Assembly (NCBI RefSeq): GCF_002087085.1 | Contig: NZ_MWQY01000003.1 | Coordinates: 1 to 64,000, forward strand | Direction of reading: 5' to 3' | Length of the DNA: 64,000 nt | Shown: positions 52,342 through 64,000 of the stretch, piece by piece | How the letters are laid out: each line of letters starts with the position of its first letter | Numbering within the stretch: the first letter of the stretch is position 1 | Program-made: the position numbers and the translations under genes | Notes under the pieces: generated by a model | Database searches by the model: none | What the model was told of the DNA's origin: nothing | Seen by the model: the letters and a program-made list of their open reading frames with translations, nothing else

Positions 52342-55035
52342 ATGTCTACCCAAAGCGTAAAAGCTGTGAGCGAGCTGTTGAATGAAGAAAAATGGACAAG
52401 GGCTACCCTGAACAGCTATGGAATAAATAACTTCCAGGAACTGGACGCAGTTATTGCCGATGTAGTCGATGACGGCAGTGAAGAAGAGGTGCGGGAAATC
52501 TGTGAAGAACATCTGAAGCACACAAAGAACAGTATCATTGCCCTCTACATAGCAGGAATTCTCGCATTACGGCGTCAGCTGGTTGATGATACAAACCTTG
52601 TGATGATTATAAATATCTTCACCGACAACCGCAAATGGAATATCGTCGAATACCTGTGCAAGCGCATCCTTGAGTTCGGCGAAAACAAGTTTGCCCTGCG
52701 GACCCTGGCGGACTGTTACGACAATAAAAATGAAGACGAAAACAAGATAGAGATCTGGGAACGGCTGATCAAGGTTGACTACGAAGAAGCCGACATTGTC
52801 CGCCAGCTGGCTGAATTCCGGGAAGAGGAAAAAGACATTGAAGGCGCCATCGACTACTACAAGAAGGCGATCCATCGGTACATCAACAAGAAGATGTTCA
52901 CCAACATCAAGGATATCTGGGACAAACTGGTGGAATACTGTCCCGAAGAAACGGACTTCTTCTTTAATGTAGATAAAAAAATTGAGAAGATGATCAGCCC
53001 CGAACGGGCCTCCCAGCTGCTGGAAAACCTTTACGGATATTATCGGGAAGCGGAGGACTGGGACAAATCCATCGATATTTTGAAGCGAATCCTCGATTAC
53101 GATCCAAAGAACGTATGGGCCAGAAAAGAAATTACCGAATGCTATCGACAGAAATTCAAGGACCACAGCCAGTTGGCCGAGTATATCCGGATTTCGAACC
53201 TTACCCAGAGCTGGCGGAACGTTCACGATGCAATCGCGGACTTTGAAAAGCACATCTCCTTTGACTCCGGCAATTTTGTCTGTCACCGCTCCTGGGGAAT
53301 CGGACGTATCCGGGCAATCGATGGCGATGACATAACCATAGACTTTACCAGAAAGCGCGGTCATTCCATGTCACTGAAGATGGCGGTAAACGCCCTCTCC
53401 TCCCTCCAGCGTGACCATATCTGGGTTCTGAAGGTAACCAAAAGCAAGGACGAGCTGCGCAGCATGGTGAAGGAAGACCCCTCCTGGGCACTTCGTACCA
53501 TCATCAGGAGTTTTGACAATGCGGCCAACATGAAACAGATCAAGGCCGAGCTTGTTCCTTCCATCCTGACCCCCAGCGAGTGGTCATCCTGGAGTACCAA
53601 TGCCCGCAAAAGACTCAAGGAAGATACATCCTTTGGAAATCTTCCGGACAAGATCGACGTCTTTGTCGTACGGGAACAACCCATCTCTGTGGAAGAGAAG
53701 GCTTTTAACCGCTTCAAGGCGGTAAAAAGCTTTTTCGGCAAGGTCGCGGCACTGCGGGATTTTCTCGGAAGCGCCAAGCCCGAATCCGAATATTTTTCCG
53801 AGATGTTCTCCTACTTTGTGAACATTCTCAAAGCCTATGCCAGCGTTAACGAACAGGTTGTAGGCAGCTTTCTGCTGGTTGAGCATATTGTTGAGGACTA
53901 TCCCTACCTCAATCCGGGACTTGGAATCACCTTTAAGGACCTGATTGAAGAGATCGATGATATCATGGCCCTCTTCGGCAAGATCGAGGATTCGGAACTG
54001 GCGAAAAGATTCCTGGCGGAACTCAAAGCTCTGGATGAATGGCCGGAGTACTATGTAAAGATATTCCCCACCAGCCTTTCAAAGTACATTATCGACGAGT
54101 TATACGCTGCGGGCCACGATGACCTGGTCCAGTCCCTCTTTTCCGATATCATTGAGAAGTACCGGGAAAACAGGGAGGCCTTTATCTGGCTTGCCAAACA
54201 CTATGAAAATGATCCCCGGGTTGCCGAGTACGGCATTGAATACGAGAAGATCCTGATCAATATGATTCACCTGGTGGACATTACCTTCCGGGAGATTACC
54301 AACCGCAGGGACGTCAGCAGTAACCGAAAACTGAATCGCCAGGCCCAGAATTTCCTTTTCAAGGAAAAACGCCTGGAGAATTATCTCATGAAGGCCGACG
54401 AGGACTCCATTCACCGGCTGTACACCCTGGTCTCCGACGTTAAGGATCTGGATCCCTCTATTTCAATTGAACTTAAACATAAGATTATCGAACGTTTCCC
54501 GAACTTCAAGTTCTTCGGCGAACCCGCTCCCGCCGCTTCAGTCGGACGGGTCAAGATAAAGGGACTCATTGTTACGGCGTCGAGTTACCAGAGAAAGCAG
54601 GATGAGCTGCGTCATATTATCGATGTCGAAATACCTGAAAACTCCAGGGAGATAGGAACGGCTTCGGCCCTGGGCGACCTTCGGGAAAACGCCGAGTACA
54701 AAGCGGCGAAGGAAAAACAGGAACTCCTTAACCTTAATGTCAGCAGGTTGAAGGATGATCTGGACAAGGCACAGATTTTCGACAAAAACCAGGTTGATAC
54801 CGAGCAGGTCTCCTTCGGAACCAGGGTTGAGCTTCTCAATAACAATACAGGCAAGGTTGAAACCTACGCCTTTTTCGGACCCTGGGAATCAGACCCCAAT
54901 AAAAATGTGATTTCCTACCAGTCCCCCTTCGGCATGAAACTGTGGGGATTGAAGGAAGGTGAGCACATTGATTTCTCGATCAACGAGAACCACTACGACT
55001 ATACGGTAAAGAGTATTGCAAAAGGAGATTTTTAA
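52342..55035 (+). CDS. greA: Long spirochaete-type transcription elongation factor GreA
   Basis: C-terminal Gre domain (LGDLRENAEYKAAKE, VSFGTRV, GPWESDP..ISYQSPFG) fused to an ~730-aa TPR-rich N-terminus. Confidence 0.92.
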   Translation: MSTQSVKAVSELLNEEKWTRATLNSYGINNFQELDAVIADVVDDGSEEEVREICEEHLKHTKNSIIALYIAGILALRRQLVDDTNLVMIINIFTDNRKWNIVEYLCKRILEFGENKFALRTLADCYDNKNEDENKIEIWERLIKVDYEEADIVRQLAEFREEEKDIEGAIDYYKKAIHRYINKKMFTNIKDIWDKLVEYCPEETDFFFNVDKKIEKMISPERASQLLENLYGYYREAEDWDKSIDILKRILDYDPKNVWARKEITECYRQKFKDHSQLAEYIRISNLTQSWRNVHDAIADFEKHISFDSGNFVCHRSWGIGRIRAIDGDDITIDFTRKRGHSMSLKMAVNALSSLQRDHIWVLKVTKSKDELRSMVKEDPSWALRTIIRSFDNAANMKQIKAELVPSILTPSEWSSWSTNARKRLKEDTSFGNLPDKIDVFVVREQPISVEEKAFNRFKAVKSFFGKVAALRDFLGSAKPESEYFSEMFSYFVNILKAYASVNEQVVGSFLLVEHIVEDYPYLNPGLGITFKDLIEEIDDIMALFGKIEDSELAKRFLAELKALDEWPEYYVKIFPTSLSKYIIDELYAAGHDDLVQSLFSDIIEKYRENREAFIWLAKHYENDPRVAEYGIEYEKILINMIHLVDITFREITNRRDVSSNRKLNRQAQNFLFKEKRLENYLMKADEDSIHRLYTLVSDVKDLDPSISIELKHKIIERFPNFKFFGEPAPAASVGRVKIKGLIVTASSYQRKQDELRHIIDVEIPENSREIGTASALGDLRENAEYKAAKEKQELLNLNVSRLKDDLDKAQIFDKNQVDTEQVSFGTRVELLNNNTGKVETYAFFGPWESDPNKNVISYQSPFGMKLWGLKEGEHIDFSINENHYDYTVKSIAKGDF

Positions 55036-55041
55036 GCATTC

Positions 55042-56841
55042 ATGATGAAACGTGCCGTTCTCATAGTATTCATAATCCTCGCCGCCCTCAGCCTGGCGGC
55101 GGAACCGATGGATATGATTGTTCTGTTGGACGTATCCCAGAGTATGTTTCCATACTTCGACGATACCATCAATTTTCTTCTGAAAGATTTAATTGACGGA
55201 CACCTTCAGACTGGGGACGGTTTTCATTTACTGAGTTTCGCCGGGTCACCGGAACAGGAAATACACCGCGTAATAAACTCAGAAAGCGATATGGAAGCTG
55301 TACTTGCACGTATAATGCTTCTGCACCCTCTGGGCCGTCATACGGATCTGCTCTTTGCCATGAACTATCTGTATGATTATGTCTCCCGCCTTCCCCTTCG
55401 TACCAGCAAGAATATTCTCATCCTGACCGATGGTATCCATGACCCTCCCCCCGGGACATCCTACCCGGCTGAAACAGCGGCGCAGAGAGAAAACAACAGG
55501 GAAGAAGTGGTGCGGGTGGCCACAAAAATGAAGCGCGAAGGCTGGCAGGTCCGTCTTATACAGTTCCCCAGAGATCTTTCTTCGGCTGCGGATAGTGCAG
55601 GGACCGGAGAGGGCTCATTGGCTGAGGAACAAATCGATACTTCCGGGGAGATACGTTCTCCTGAAGAAAAACCGAAGGATTCCAGTACTTCCTCGATAAA
55701 CGAATCGGGTCCTTCCGGAGAGAATGATTCGAACCTTTATGACTCCATTTCAGAAGCCCTGGGCGTCGATATTATCGAATACGAAAGCGGCCGGGAATTG
55801 AGCCATGCAGCCACAGGGGCACCGCATCTTCAATTCCCCGATAATCTCGGGGCCGTGGCGAGAAGCTTCACGGTTCCCTTCACGATAACAAATTATATCG
55901 ACAACTCGATTCTCATAAAGCTTAACCGGATACAGACGCGGGGAATAAATATTCTGGATGAACCTGTTCAGCTTAAGCTTGGTGCTGAGGGCTCCGGCAC
56001 CCTGAACGCTCACATGACGCTGCCCGAGTCCTTTGAACCCGGGGAATACCGTCTCGATGTTGAACTGTTCTTTTCAGATGATCTGCGTATTTTCCCCCGG
56101 AAGGGAGAACTGATTTTTGAACTGAAAAGTCCGGTAAACCTTGCCTGGATAAAGATCGTTCTGTTTGTAATCCTGGGACTTGCCCTTCTGTATTTCCTGC
56201 TGTTTTATATTATCTTTCCCTTGAGCCGGCATATTGAACATAACGCCGGAGCGGATAAGACCTACGTCAGCCTCCAGGCAGCCTCCGGTTCAGATCGAGA
56301 CCCCGCAGCCCTGCAAAAGGCCGGACACGCTGCTCAATCAGAACCCGTGCACGCTAAAGGCAAGGTTCCGCTCCTTGAAGCTTCCCATTATACTCCCGGG
56401 GGGAAAATCCCCCTCTCCCAGATATCCTCATCCCAGACAGCAATTCTTCAGGATATGAAACCGGGACACCGTCCCATCGAATTCCGGCTTTCCGGTCAAA
56501 ATCCTTATAACGGCGGTCGCAACATTCGCTGGGTGGGAAAGAACAGCAGATCCGTCGGCGGCGGCGGTTCGTTCTTCCTGATATTCCTTATTAAGGTTCC
56601 GGAGAGAATAGCTGAAGTCACCTTTACCGAAACCGGCCTGCGTTTTACGCCCATCCGGGAAGAGTTCTTCCCTTCCCTTTCAGGGCCGATTGAAAACTGT
56701 CTGAACAAGCCTGTTCTGCTGGAAACTGAATACGGCAGTTTTACAATGGTTTTCAGGGAATGGATATCCCCGCTGGAAAGGATAAACCACGTTCTCCACC
56801 TTACCGACCATCCCGGGGTAACTCCGGAAGATATGGTATAG
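55042..56841 (+). CDS. von Willebrand factor A domain membrane protein
   Basis: Signal peptide, MIDAS LLDVSQS..HTD..ILTDG, low-complexity linker, beta-rich domain, one TM, C-terminal domain. Confidence 0.8.
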   Translation: MMKRAVLIVFIILAALSLAAEPMDMIVLLDVSQSMFPYFDDTINFLLKDLIDGHLQTGDGFHLLSFAGSPEQEIHRVINSESDMEAVLARIMLLHPLGRHTDLLFAMNYLYDYVSRLPLRTSKNILILTDGIHDPPPGTSYPAETAAQRENNREEVVRVATKMKREGWQVRLIQFPRDLSSAADSAGTGEGSLAEEQIDTSGEIRSPEEKPKDSSTSSINESGPSGENDSNLYDSISEALGVDIIEYESGRELSHAATGAPHLQFPDNLGAVARSFTVPFTITNYIDNSILIKLNRIQTRGINILDEPVQLKLGAEGSGTLNAHMTLPESFEPGEYRLDVELFFSDDLRIFPRKGELIFELKSPVNLAWIKIVLFVILGLALLYFLLFYIIFPLSRHIEHNAGADKTYVSLQAASGSDRDPAALQKAGHAAQSEPVHAKGKVPLLEASHYTPGGKIPLSQISSSQTAILQDMKPGHRPIEFRLSGQNPYNGGRNIRWVGKNSRSVGGGGSFFLIFLIKVPERIAEVTFTETGLRFTPIREEFFPSLSGPIENCLNKPVLLETEYGSFTMVFREWISPLERINHVLHLTDHPGVTPEDMV

Positions 56842-56874
56842 AGTACCGGCGGATCGTACCGGGCAGCTTGAGGA

Positions 56875-58219
56875 TCACAGTTTTTCCAGTGCTTCCTCAG
56901 CTGTTTTTTTTATTGATGAAGAGGTATTGCTTTCGCTCAATGTCTGCACCTTGTCCCGTAATCCGCTGAAACGGTTTTCCCCTATACCCTTCAAGGCCAT
57001 CAGAACAACAGAAACATCCCCGTGGGTCAGAAATCTTTCAAAGTAGTCGGCAAGCCTCGGGTTTTCTTCCTGCGACATGGCCTTTACCAGCTCAATAAAG
57101 ATACGGGAACCGGGTTGCTTTTCCTCTTTTTCCAGAATCGTATCTATAAGACCAAAGGAGTTTCCCAGATCATTTTTTACAAGTTCCTGTAGCGCTACGA
57201 TTCTGGAGGCCTGGGAATAGCGCTGATTCCCGGCCAGGTCCCGGAGACTCCTGTAGGATCTCCCGCCGATCTTTCCGAGGGCCTGGATCGCAGCGATTCG
57301 GATCCTCTCTTCAGGATCCCGGGTAGCCTTGTATACGAGAATATCGATGGCATCTTTCTCTTTTCTCTCCCCCAGTGTCTCGACTGCCGCAAGACGAACC
57401 CTCCAGAAGGAGTCCCTGAGAGCTTCCATCAGGTAATCCAGGACTTCCCCGCTTTCAAAGGTCGTCAGGGCCCGTACAGCGTAGGTACGGAGAATTGTAT
57501 CATCGTCGTTCAGTAAATCAGCGAGCACGGGCAGGACCTCGGGAGTTCCGATTTCTCCCAGGGCCTGACAGGCCCGCCAGCGGTAGGATCGTTCCTGGCT
57601 TGCATCGGTGACGATTTCTTCCAGAAAGGGAATACTCTCGCTGTCCTTGAGCATTCCCAGGGCGCTTAGCGCGGAGGCCCGCACATTCTGTCCAAGGGAG
57701 GTATCGTCATAAAGATCCCGCAAGAATTGAATATCCCCGGGATCCCCCAGTCTGCCGATCCCCTCCACGGCCTTCATTGCAACGGCAGTCTGTTGAGAAC
57801 TGGTAAAATCCTTGAGTATCTCCACACCTTCCCTGTGATCAAGTTCAATAAAGTACTCAATTCCTGCAATTATGAGTTCTTCCTTGTCAGGATAGTCGAG
57901 GAGTATTTTCTCTACCTGCTCAAGAGCGGGCCTGTATTCCACGGAACTGAAAATTCTGACAGCCGCTGCCTTCAGCTCCTGATTTCGTGAATTGACAAGA
58001 AGATCCATGATTTCTTCGGTGAAATCATCAATATCTTCATCATCTTCGAGATCCTTCAACAGAGAGATAACCTCGCTGTCGATACCGTATCGCAGGATAT
58101 CCCTGCGCTGATCATCATCCCGGTTTTCTTCCGGATTCCCGGTCGTCTGCCCCTCCATCGGCAAAGTGAAAAAGGGTTGAGAAAGAAGGAGGAAAACAAG
58201 GATTCCCATCCGCATCATT

Positions 58220-58227
<8 letters not shown>
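56875..58227 (-). CDS. Exported HEAT-repeat protein
   Basis: Signal peptide; repeats VRASALSALG, YRWRACQALG, VRLAAVETLG, IRIAAIQALG. Confidence 0.85.
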
Positions 58228-60914
<2,687 letters not shown>

Positions 60915-61988
60915 TCATGTCCGGATAAATTTTAACATTGCAGTCCCGATGGTCAGAAAAATAATAACCGGGATAAATGAACCGGCCACCGGAGAAAGAT
61001 AACCGATTACTGCAAATAGACTTGTCAACATCTGAAAAACATAGAAAACAACAGATAAAGACAGACTTAACAGCAGACTCATAAGAAGCACATTTTTCTT
61101 GAATCTGCTTCCTATTGCAGAAGAAAGCATGGCGACGATTATTGGCGTAAAAGCAAAGGCTATCCTTTTATAATAATCCGTCCGCTCCGCGCGGCTCTCC
61201 TGGCCGGATCGTCTGAGTTCCTCGATATAGACCTGAGCTTCCGACAGGGTCATTTCTTCAATATCCTTCTGTTTGCGCTGAAAATTGGCGGGATCATCCG
61301 TCAGGAGCGGATCAGTGTATTCGGCATATCTATCTTCTGCAAGTCCTGAATCAGAAAAAGAATAAACCCTGGCATCCCGCATAATCCAGATGGATCCGTT
61401 ATACTCAGCCCAGGCAGCGTCTATACGCTTTTTGAATCTTCCATCATCCGTCAACATGAGAACCACAAGATTGGAGATGGTTCTGTCTGCGTTGTTATAG
61501 TATTCCGCTGAGTAAATGACTCCGCCGGCATCTCCACGAATTGTAACATTCGAATTGTTCAGGTTCTCCCGCTGTCCCAGTACCTGCTGCATCAGGGCAT
61601 TCTTTTTGCTGTAACTTTCTATTACCACGGCATCTTCGAAACCCAAGAGGCCCAGACCGAGAAAGGCTCCCAGAACAAGCAGGGGACTTACCGCGTAGCG
61701 AAGGGAAACTCCTGAACCGAGCAGGGCAATCAGTTCATTATTACCGTAAAGCTGGCCCAGGGTGTAGGAGATGGAAAATAATAGAGATATGGGAACAGCA
61801 TAGGATATACATTTGGGAATATAGAGCAGTTGAAGTTGAAGGATAACGGCGACCGGAACATCCTGGTTCAGGTAGCGCCAGAGGTTACCGAAAAGATCCA
61901 CCATCTGAAGCATGAGAACAAAGAAAAACAGGGCTGTAAAAAAAACCGGTATACAGTCCAGGAGGAGCATCCGTCTCAGCAACTTCAT
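60915..61988 (-). CDS. lptG: LptF/LptG family permease (LptG-like)
   Basis: 3 TM + periplasmic domain + 3 TM; NNELIALLGSGVS. Confidence 0.8.
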   Translation of the reverse strand: MKLLRRMLLLDCIPVFFTALFFFVLMLQMVDLFGNLWRYLNQDVPVAVILQLQLLYIPKCISYAVPISLLFSISYTLGQLYGNNELIALLGSGVSLRYAVSPLLVLGAFLGLGLLGFEDAVVIESYSKKNALMQQVLGQRENLNNSNVTIRGDAGGVIYSAEYYNNADRTISNLVVLMLTDDGRFKKRIDAAWAEYNGSIWIMRDARVYSFSDSGLAEDRYAEYTDPLLTDDPANFQRKQKDIEEMTLSEAQVYIEELRRSGQESRAERTDYYKRIAFAFTPIIVAMLSSAIGSRFKKNVLLMSLLLSLSLSVVFYVFQMLTSLFAVIGYLSPVAGSFIPVIIFLTIGTAMLKFIRT

Positions 61989-63265
61989 CGACGGCTCCGG
62001 ATAATAAGCAGGCCTGTTCCTGCGGCAAGAATAACCAGATTACCCGTCCATATTGCAATCCAGGGCGACAAGTCGGAACGGATTCCCAGGGTTTGTCCGG
62101 CAAAAAGAAGGCCCCAGTACATCATACACACAAAGAGCCCGATTCCGAAACCGATTGATCTTCCTCCCTTCCGGGTCAATACTCCGGCGGGGAAGGCGAA
62201 GAGCAGAAAAATAACACAGGCCGCCGGCAGGGCAATCTTCTTGTGGTATTCCAGAAGGTGCATCTGGAGGGAGCGATCCCGAATATCCCGTTCCCTGGCG
62301 GTCCGAAGCTGTTCCTGTCTGGCAGCGATCTTCGTGCCGGGCAGCTTTTTTCCTGATAGAAAGGTCTCCAGATAGAGAGCCGCAAGGTCTGTCTCAAGCT
62401 GATCGACCTGCATCTGATTATGCATTGTCCTTTGGGATAATTGTTCCCTTTTTTCTTTAATAACAGCGAGAATATCCCTGATGCTTTTTTCCCGGGGAGT
62501 CAGACTATGGACCGCAAGACTGATATCCTTCAGCAGGATATTGTACTCCATGATATCGGCGCTGGAATATTCATAGAATCCCCGTCGTTTCTGATCGCTC
62601 ACGATGCTGACCACATCGTACAAACGGAGACTTATTACGCCCCCGCTTCCGTAATTCTTATCCAGGACTCCCCTGGAGGCATTGATTGTTCGACGGTTTT
62701 TTTTCTCGTCCCGGTCAAAGATCACGATATCTTCGATACTCCCCGATTCTACCTTGCCCGTTGCTATAACCCTGTCGCGGTAGCGTTTAATCGAATAAGC
62801 TTCAAGCTCCAGCGCCGGATTGCTGTAGAGAATTTCCCGGTACAGGGTGTTGAACCTCATGGTTCCGGCGGGAAGAAGTACATCGTTGGAAAAATAGGCA
62901 AGGACGCCAAAGATCAGTCCCAGGGTAAAAATGGGCAGTGCGATTGTTTTCAGGGGTATCCCCGCCGACTGCATGGCAAGAATCTCGTTATCCCCCACCA
63001 GCCTGCCGACCGCCATCAGACCCCCTACCAGGGCGGAAAAGGGAAAACTGTAGGAGATAATATTAGGTACAGCGTATACTATGAGCCGCAGGACATCCCC
63101 CGGAGCGACGTTCTTTGACAGGATCTCTTCCGCCATAAGCAGAATCTGATTTATGAAGAAGATAAAAAAGAAGAACAGAAAAACAACAGCGAAGGAAAGG
63201 ATAAACTCCCCCGCCACATATCTGAATAGTATTGTTTTTCTCCGTATTACAGCTAAATCAGACAC
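61985..63265 (-). CDS. lptF: LptF/LptG family permease (LptF-like); start uncertain
   Basis: [40 protein letters not shown] 63265 overlaps the dut stop (track starts at 63325). Confidence 0.8.
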   Translation of the reverse strand: MSDLAVIRRKTILFRYVAGEFILSFAVVFLFFFFIFFINQILLMAEEILSKNVAPGDVLRLIVYAVPNIISYSFPFSALVGGLMAVGRLVGDNEILAMQSAGIPLKTIALPIFTLGLIFGVLAYFSNDVLLPAGTMRFNTLYREILYSNPALELEAYSIKRYRDRVIATGKVESGSIEDIVIFDRDEKKNRRTINASRGVLDKNYGSGGVISLRLYDVVSIVSDQKRRGFYEYSSADIMEYNILLKDISLAVHSLTPREKSIRDILAVIKEKREQLSQRTMHNQMQVDQLETDLAALYLETFLSGKKLPGTKIAARQEQLRTARERDIRDRSLQMHLLEYHKKIALPAACVIFLLFAFPAGVLTRKGGRSIGFGIGLFVCMMYWGLLFAGQTLGIRSDLSPWIAIWTGNLVILAAGTGLLIIRSRR

Positions 63266-63704
63266 CGGTCGATCCGAAACCTCCTGTTCCCCGCTCAGTA
63301 CCTGGCAGTCGGCTCTTCTCCTCAAAAACTGCCTGTATTACCGGAGCAAAGACTATCTGAGCGATCCTCTCTCCCGGCAGGATAGTCACCTCTTCGGCGG
63401 AGAGATTAACCATGATGACCTTGATTTCTCCGCGGTAATCGGCATCGATAGTACCGGGGCTGTTGAGCACCGTCAGCCCCCGTCTGAGGGCGAGGCCTGA
63501 TCGGGGACGGACCTGGGCTTCGAATCCAGGGGGAATCTCCAGAAAAAGACCAGTGGGGATCAGCGCTCGTTCCAGACTTTTAAGAACGACTGCACCATCA
63601 AGAGCCGCTTTCAGGTCTGCGCCGGAGGATACCTCTGTCGAGTATACAGGAGCCCCAGATTCAGGAAGAATCGCTGGTACCCGAATCGAGCCTGTTGAAT
63701 CCAT
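63258..63704 (-). CDS. dut: dUTP diphosphatase
   Basis: [41 protein letters not shown]; aaggag before ATG 63704. Confidence 0.97.
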   Translation of the reverse strand: MDSTGSIRVPAILPESGAPVYSTEVSSGADLKAALDGAVVLKSLERALIPTGLFLEIPPGFEAQVRPRSGLALRRGLTVLNSPGTIDADYRGEIKVIMVNLSAEEVTILPGERIAQIVFAPVIQAVFEEKSRLPGTERGTGGFGSTGV

Positions 63705-63719
63705 TGCCAGTCTCCTTGT

Positions 63720-63758
63720 AAAAAAGCGGATTGCCCCGGTAAGACAGGACAATCCGCT
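63720..63758 (-). terminator. Intrinsic terminator after pnp, abutting the dut RBS
   Basis: Minus strand agcggattgtcctg..cggggcaatccgct followed by a T-run, then acaaggag. Confidence 0.75.
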
Positions 63759-63798
63759 GAATCTTTTTCTGATCCATGGGGATCATACGGGGGTCAGG

Positions 63799-64000
63799 CT
63801 ATCGCCTTTTCTGCCCCTGATTACCGCTGTTGCTTTTATCGGGATCGATGGCATCGATATAACTTAAGTTTATTCTTCCCATCCTGTCGATCTCTATCAG
63901 CTTGACCGGGATTTCCTGATCAACCTTAAGTACATCAGAGACAGAATTAACCCGTTCCCGGGAAAGCTTTGAAATGTGAACAAGCCCCTCTTTACCGGGA
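63799..64000 (-). CDS. pnp: 3' end (S1 domain) of polynucleotide phosphorylase, truncated by the window edge
   Basis: Manual translation [46 protein letters not shown]...KRR*; typical position before dut/lptF. Confidence 0.88.
   Translation of the reverse strand, partial: PGKEGLVHISKLSRERVNSVSDVLKVDQEIPVKLIEIDRMGRINLSYIDAIDPDKSNSGNQGQKRR

Overview
Gene-dense core-chromosome window from a spirochaete, probably a free-living Spirochaetaceae. The lineage call is inference from the spoVG-rplY-pth-tilS-ftsH and pnp-lptF/G-tgt-murJ-HEAT gene orders, the ~900-aa GreA and cheX. It holds about 45 CDS and 5 tRNAs, with no transposase, integrase, prophage, CRISPR or recognisable defence system. The genes are mostly housekeeping: translation, NAD, glutamate, branched-chain amino acid and carbamoyl-phosphate synthesis, and envelope functions. 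There is one chemosensory/two-component cluster. Main observations from reading the sequence directly: (1) an unannotated, apparently leaderless 27-aa Ile/Leu-rich leader peptide with a full 1:2/2:3/3:4 attenuator in front of ilvB-ilvN-cimA; (2) a 93-aa protein that is 61% Asp/Glu with no basic residues, has its own promoter and RBS, and overlaps rsfS tail-to-tail; (3) a STAS-cheA-cheR-cheB cluster lacking cheY, cheW and MCP, followed by REC-led kinases and a NarL regulator, whose CheA carries tandem MshEN-type (c-di-GMP) motifs; (4) recurrent leaderless promoter architecture at lepA, nadC, cheX and the gene ending at 41692; (5) a sigma54 motif before gltBD, ARG-box-like sites before carAB, a Prp protease whose L27 lacks the extension it normally cleaves, and a structured 131-bp-period repeat downstream of tRNA-Pro. 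All family assignments come from recognising motifs by eye; no database search was run.
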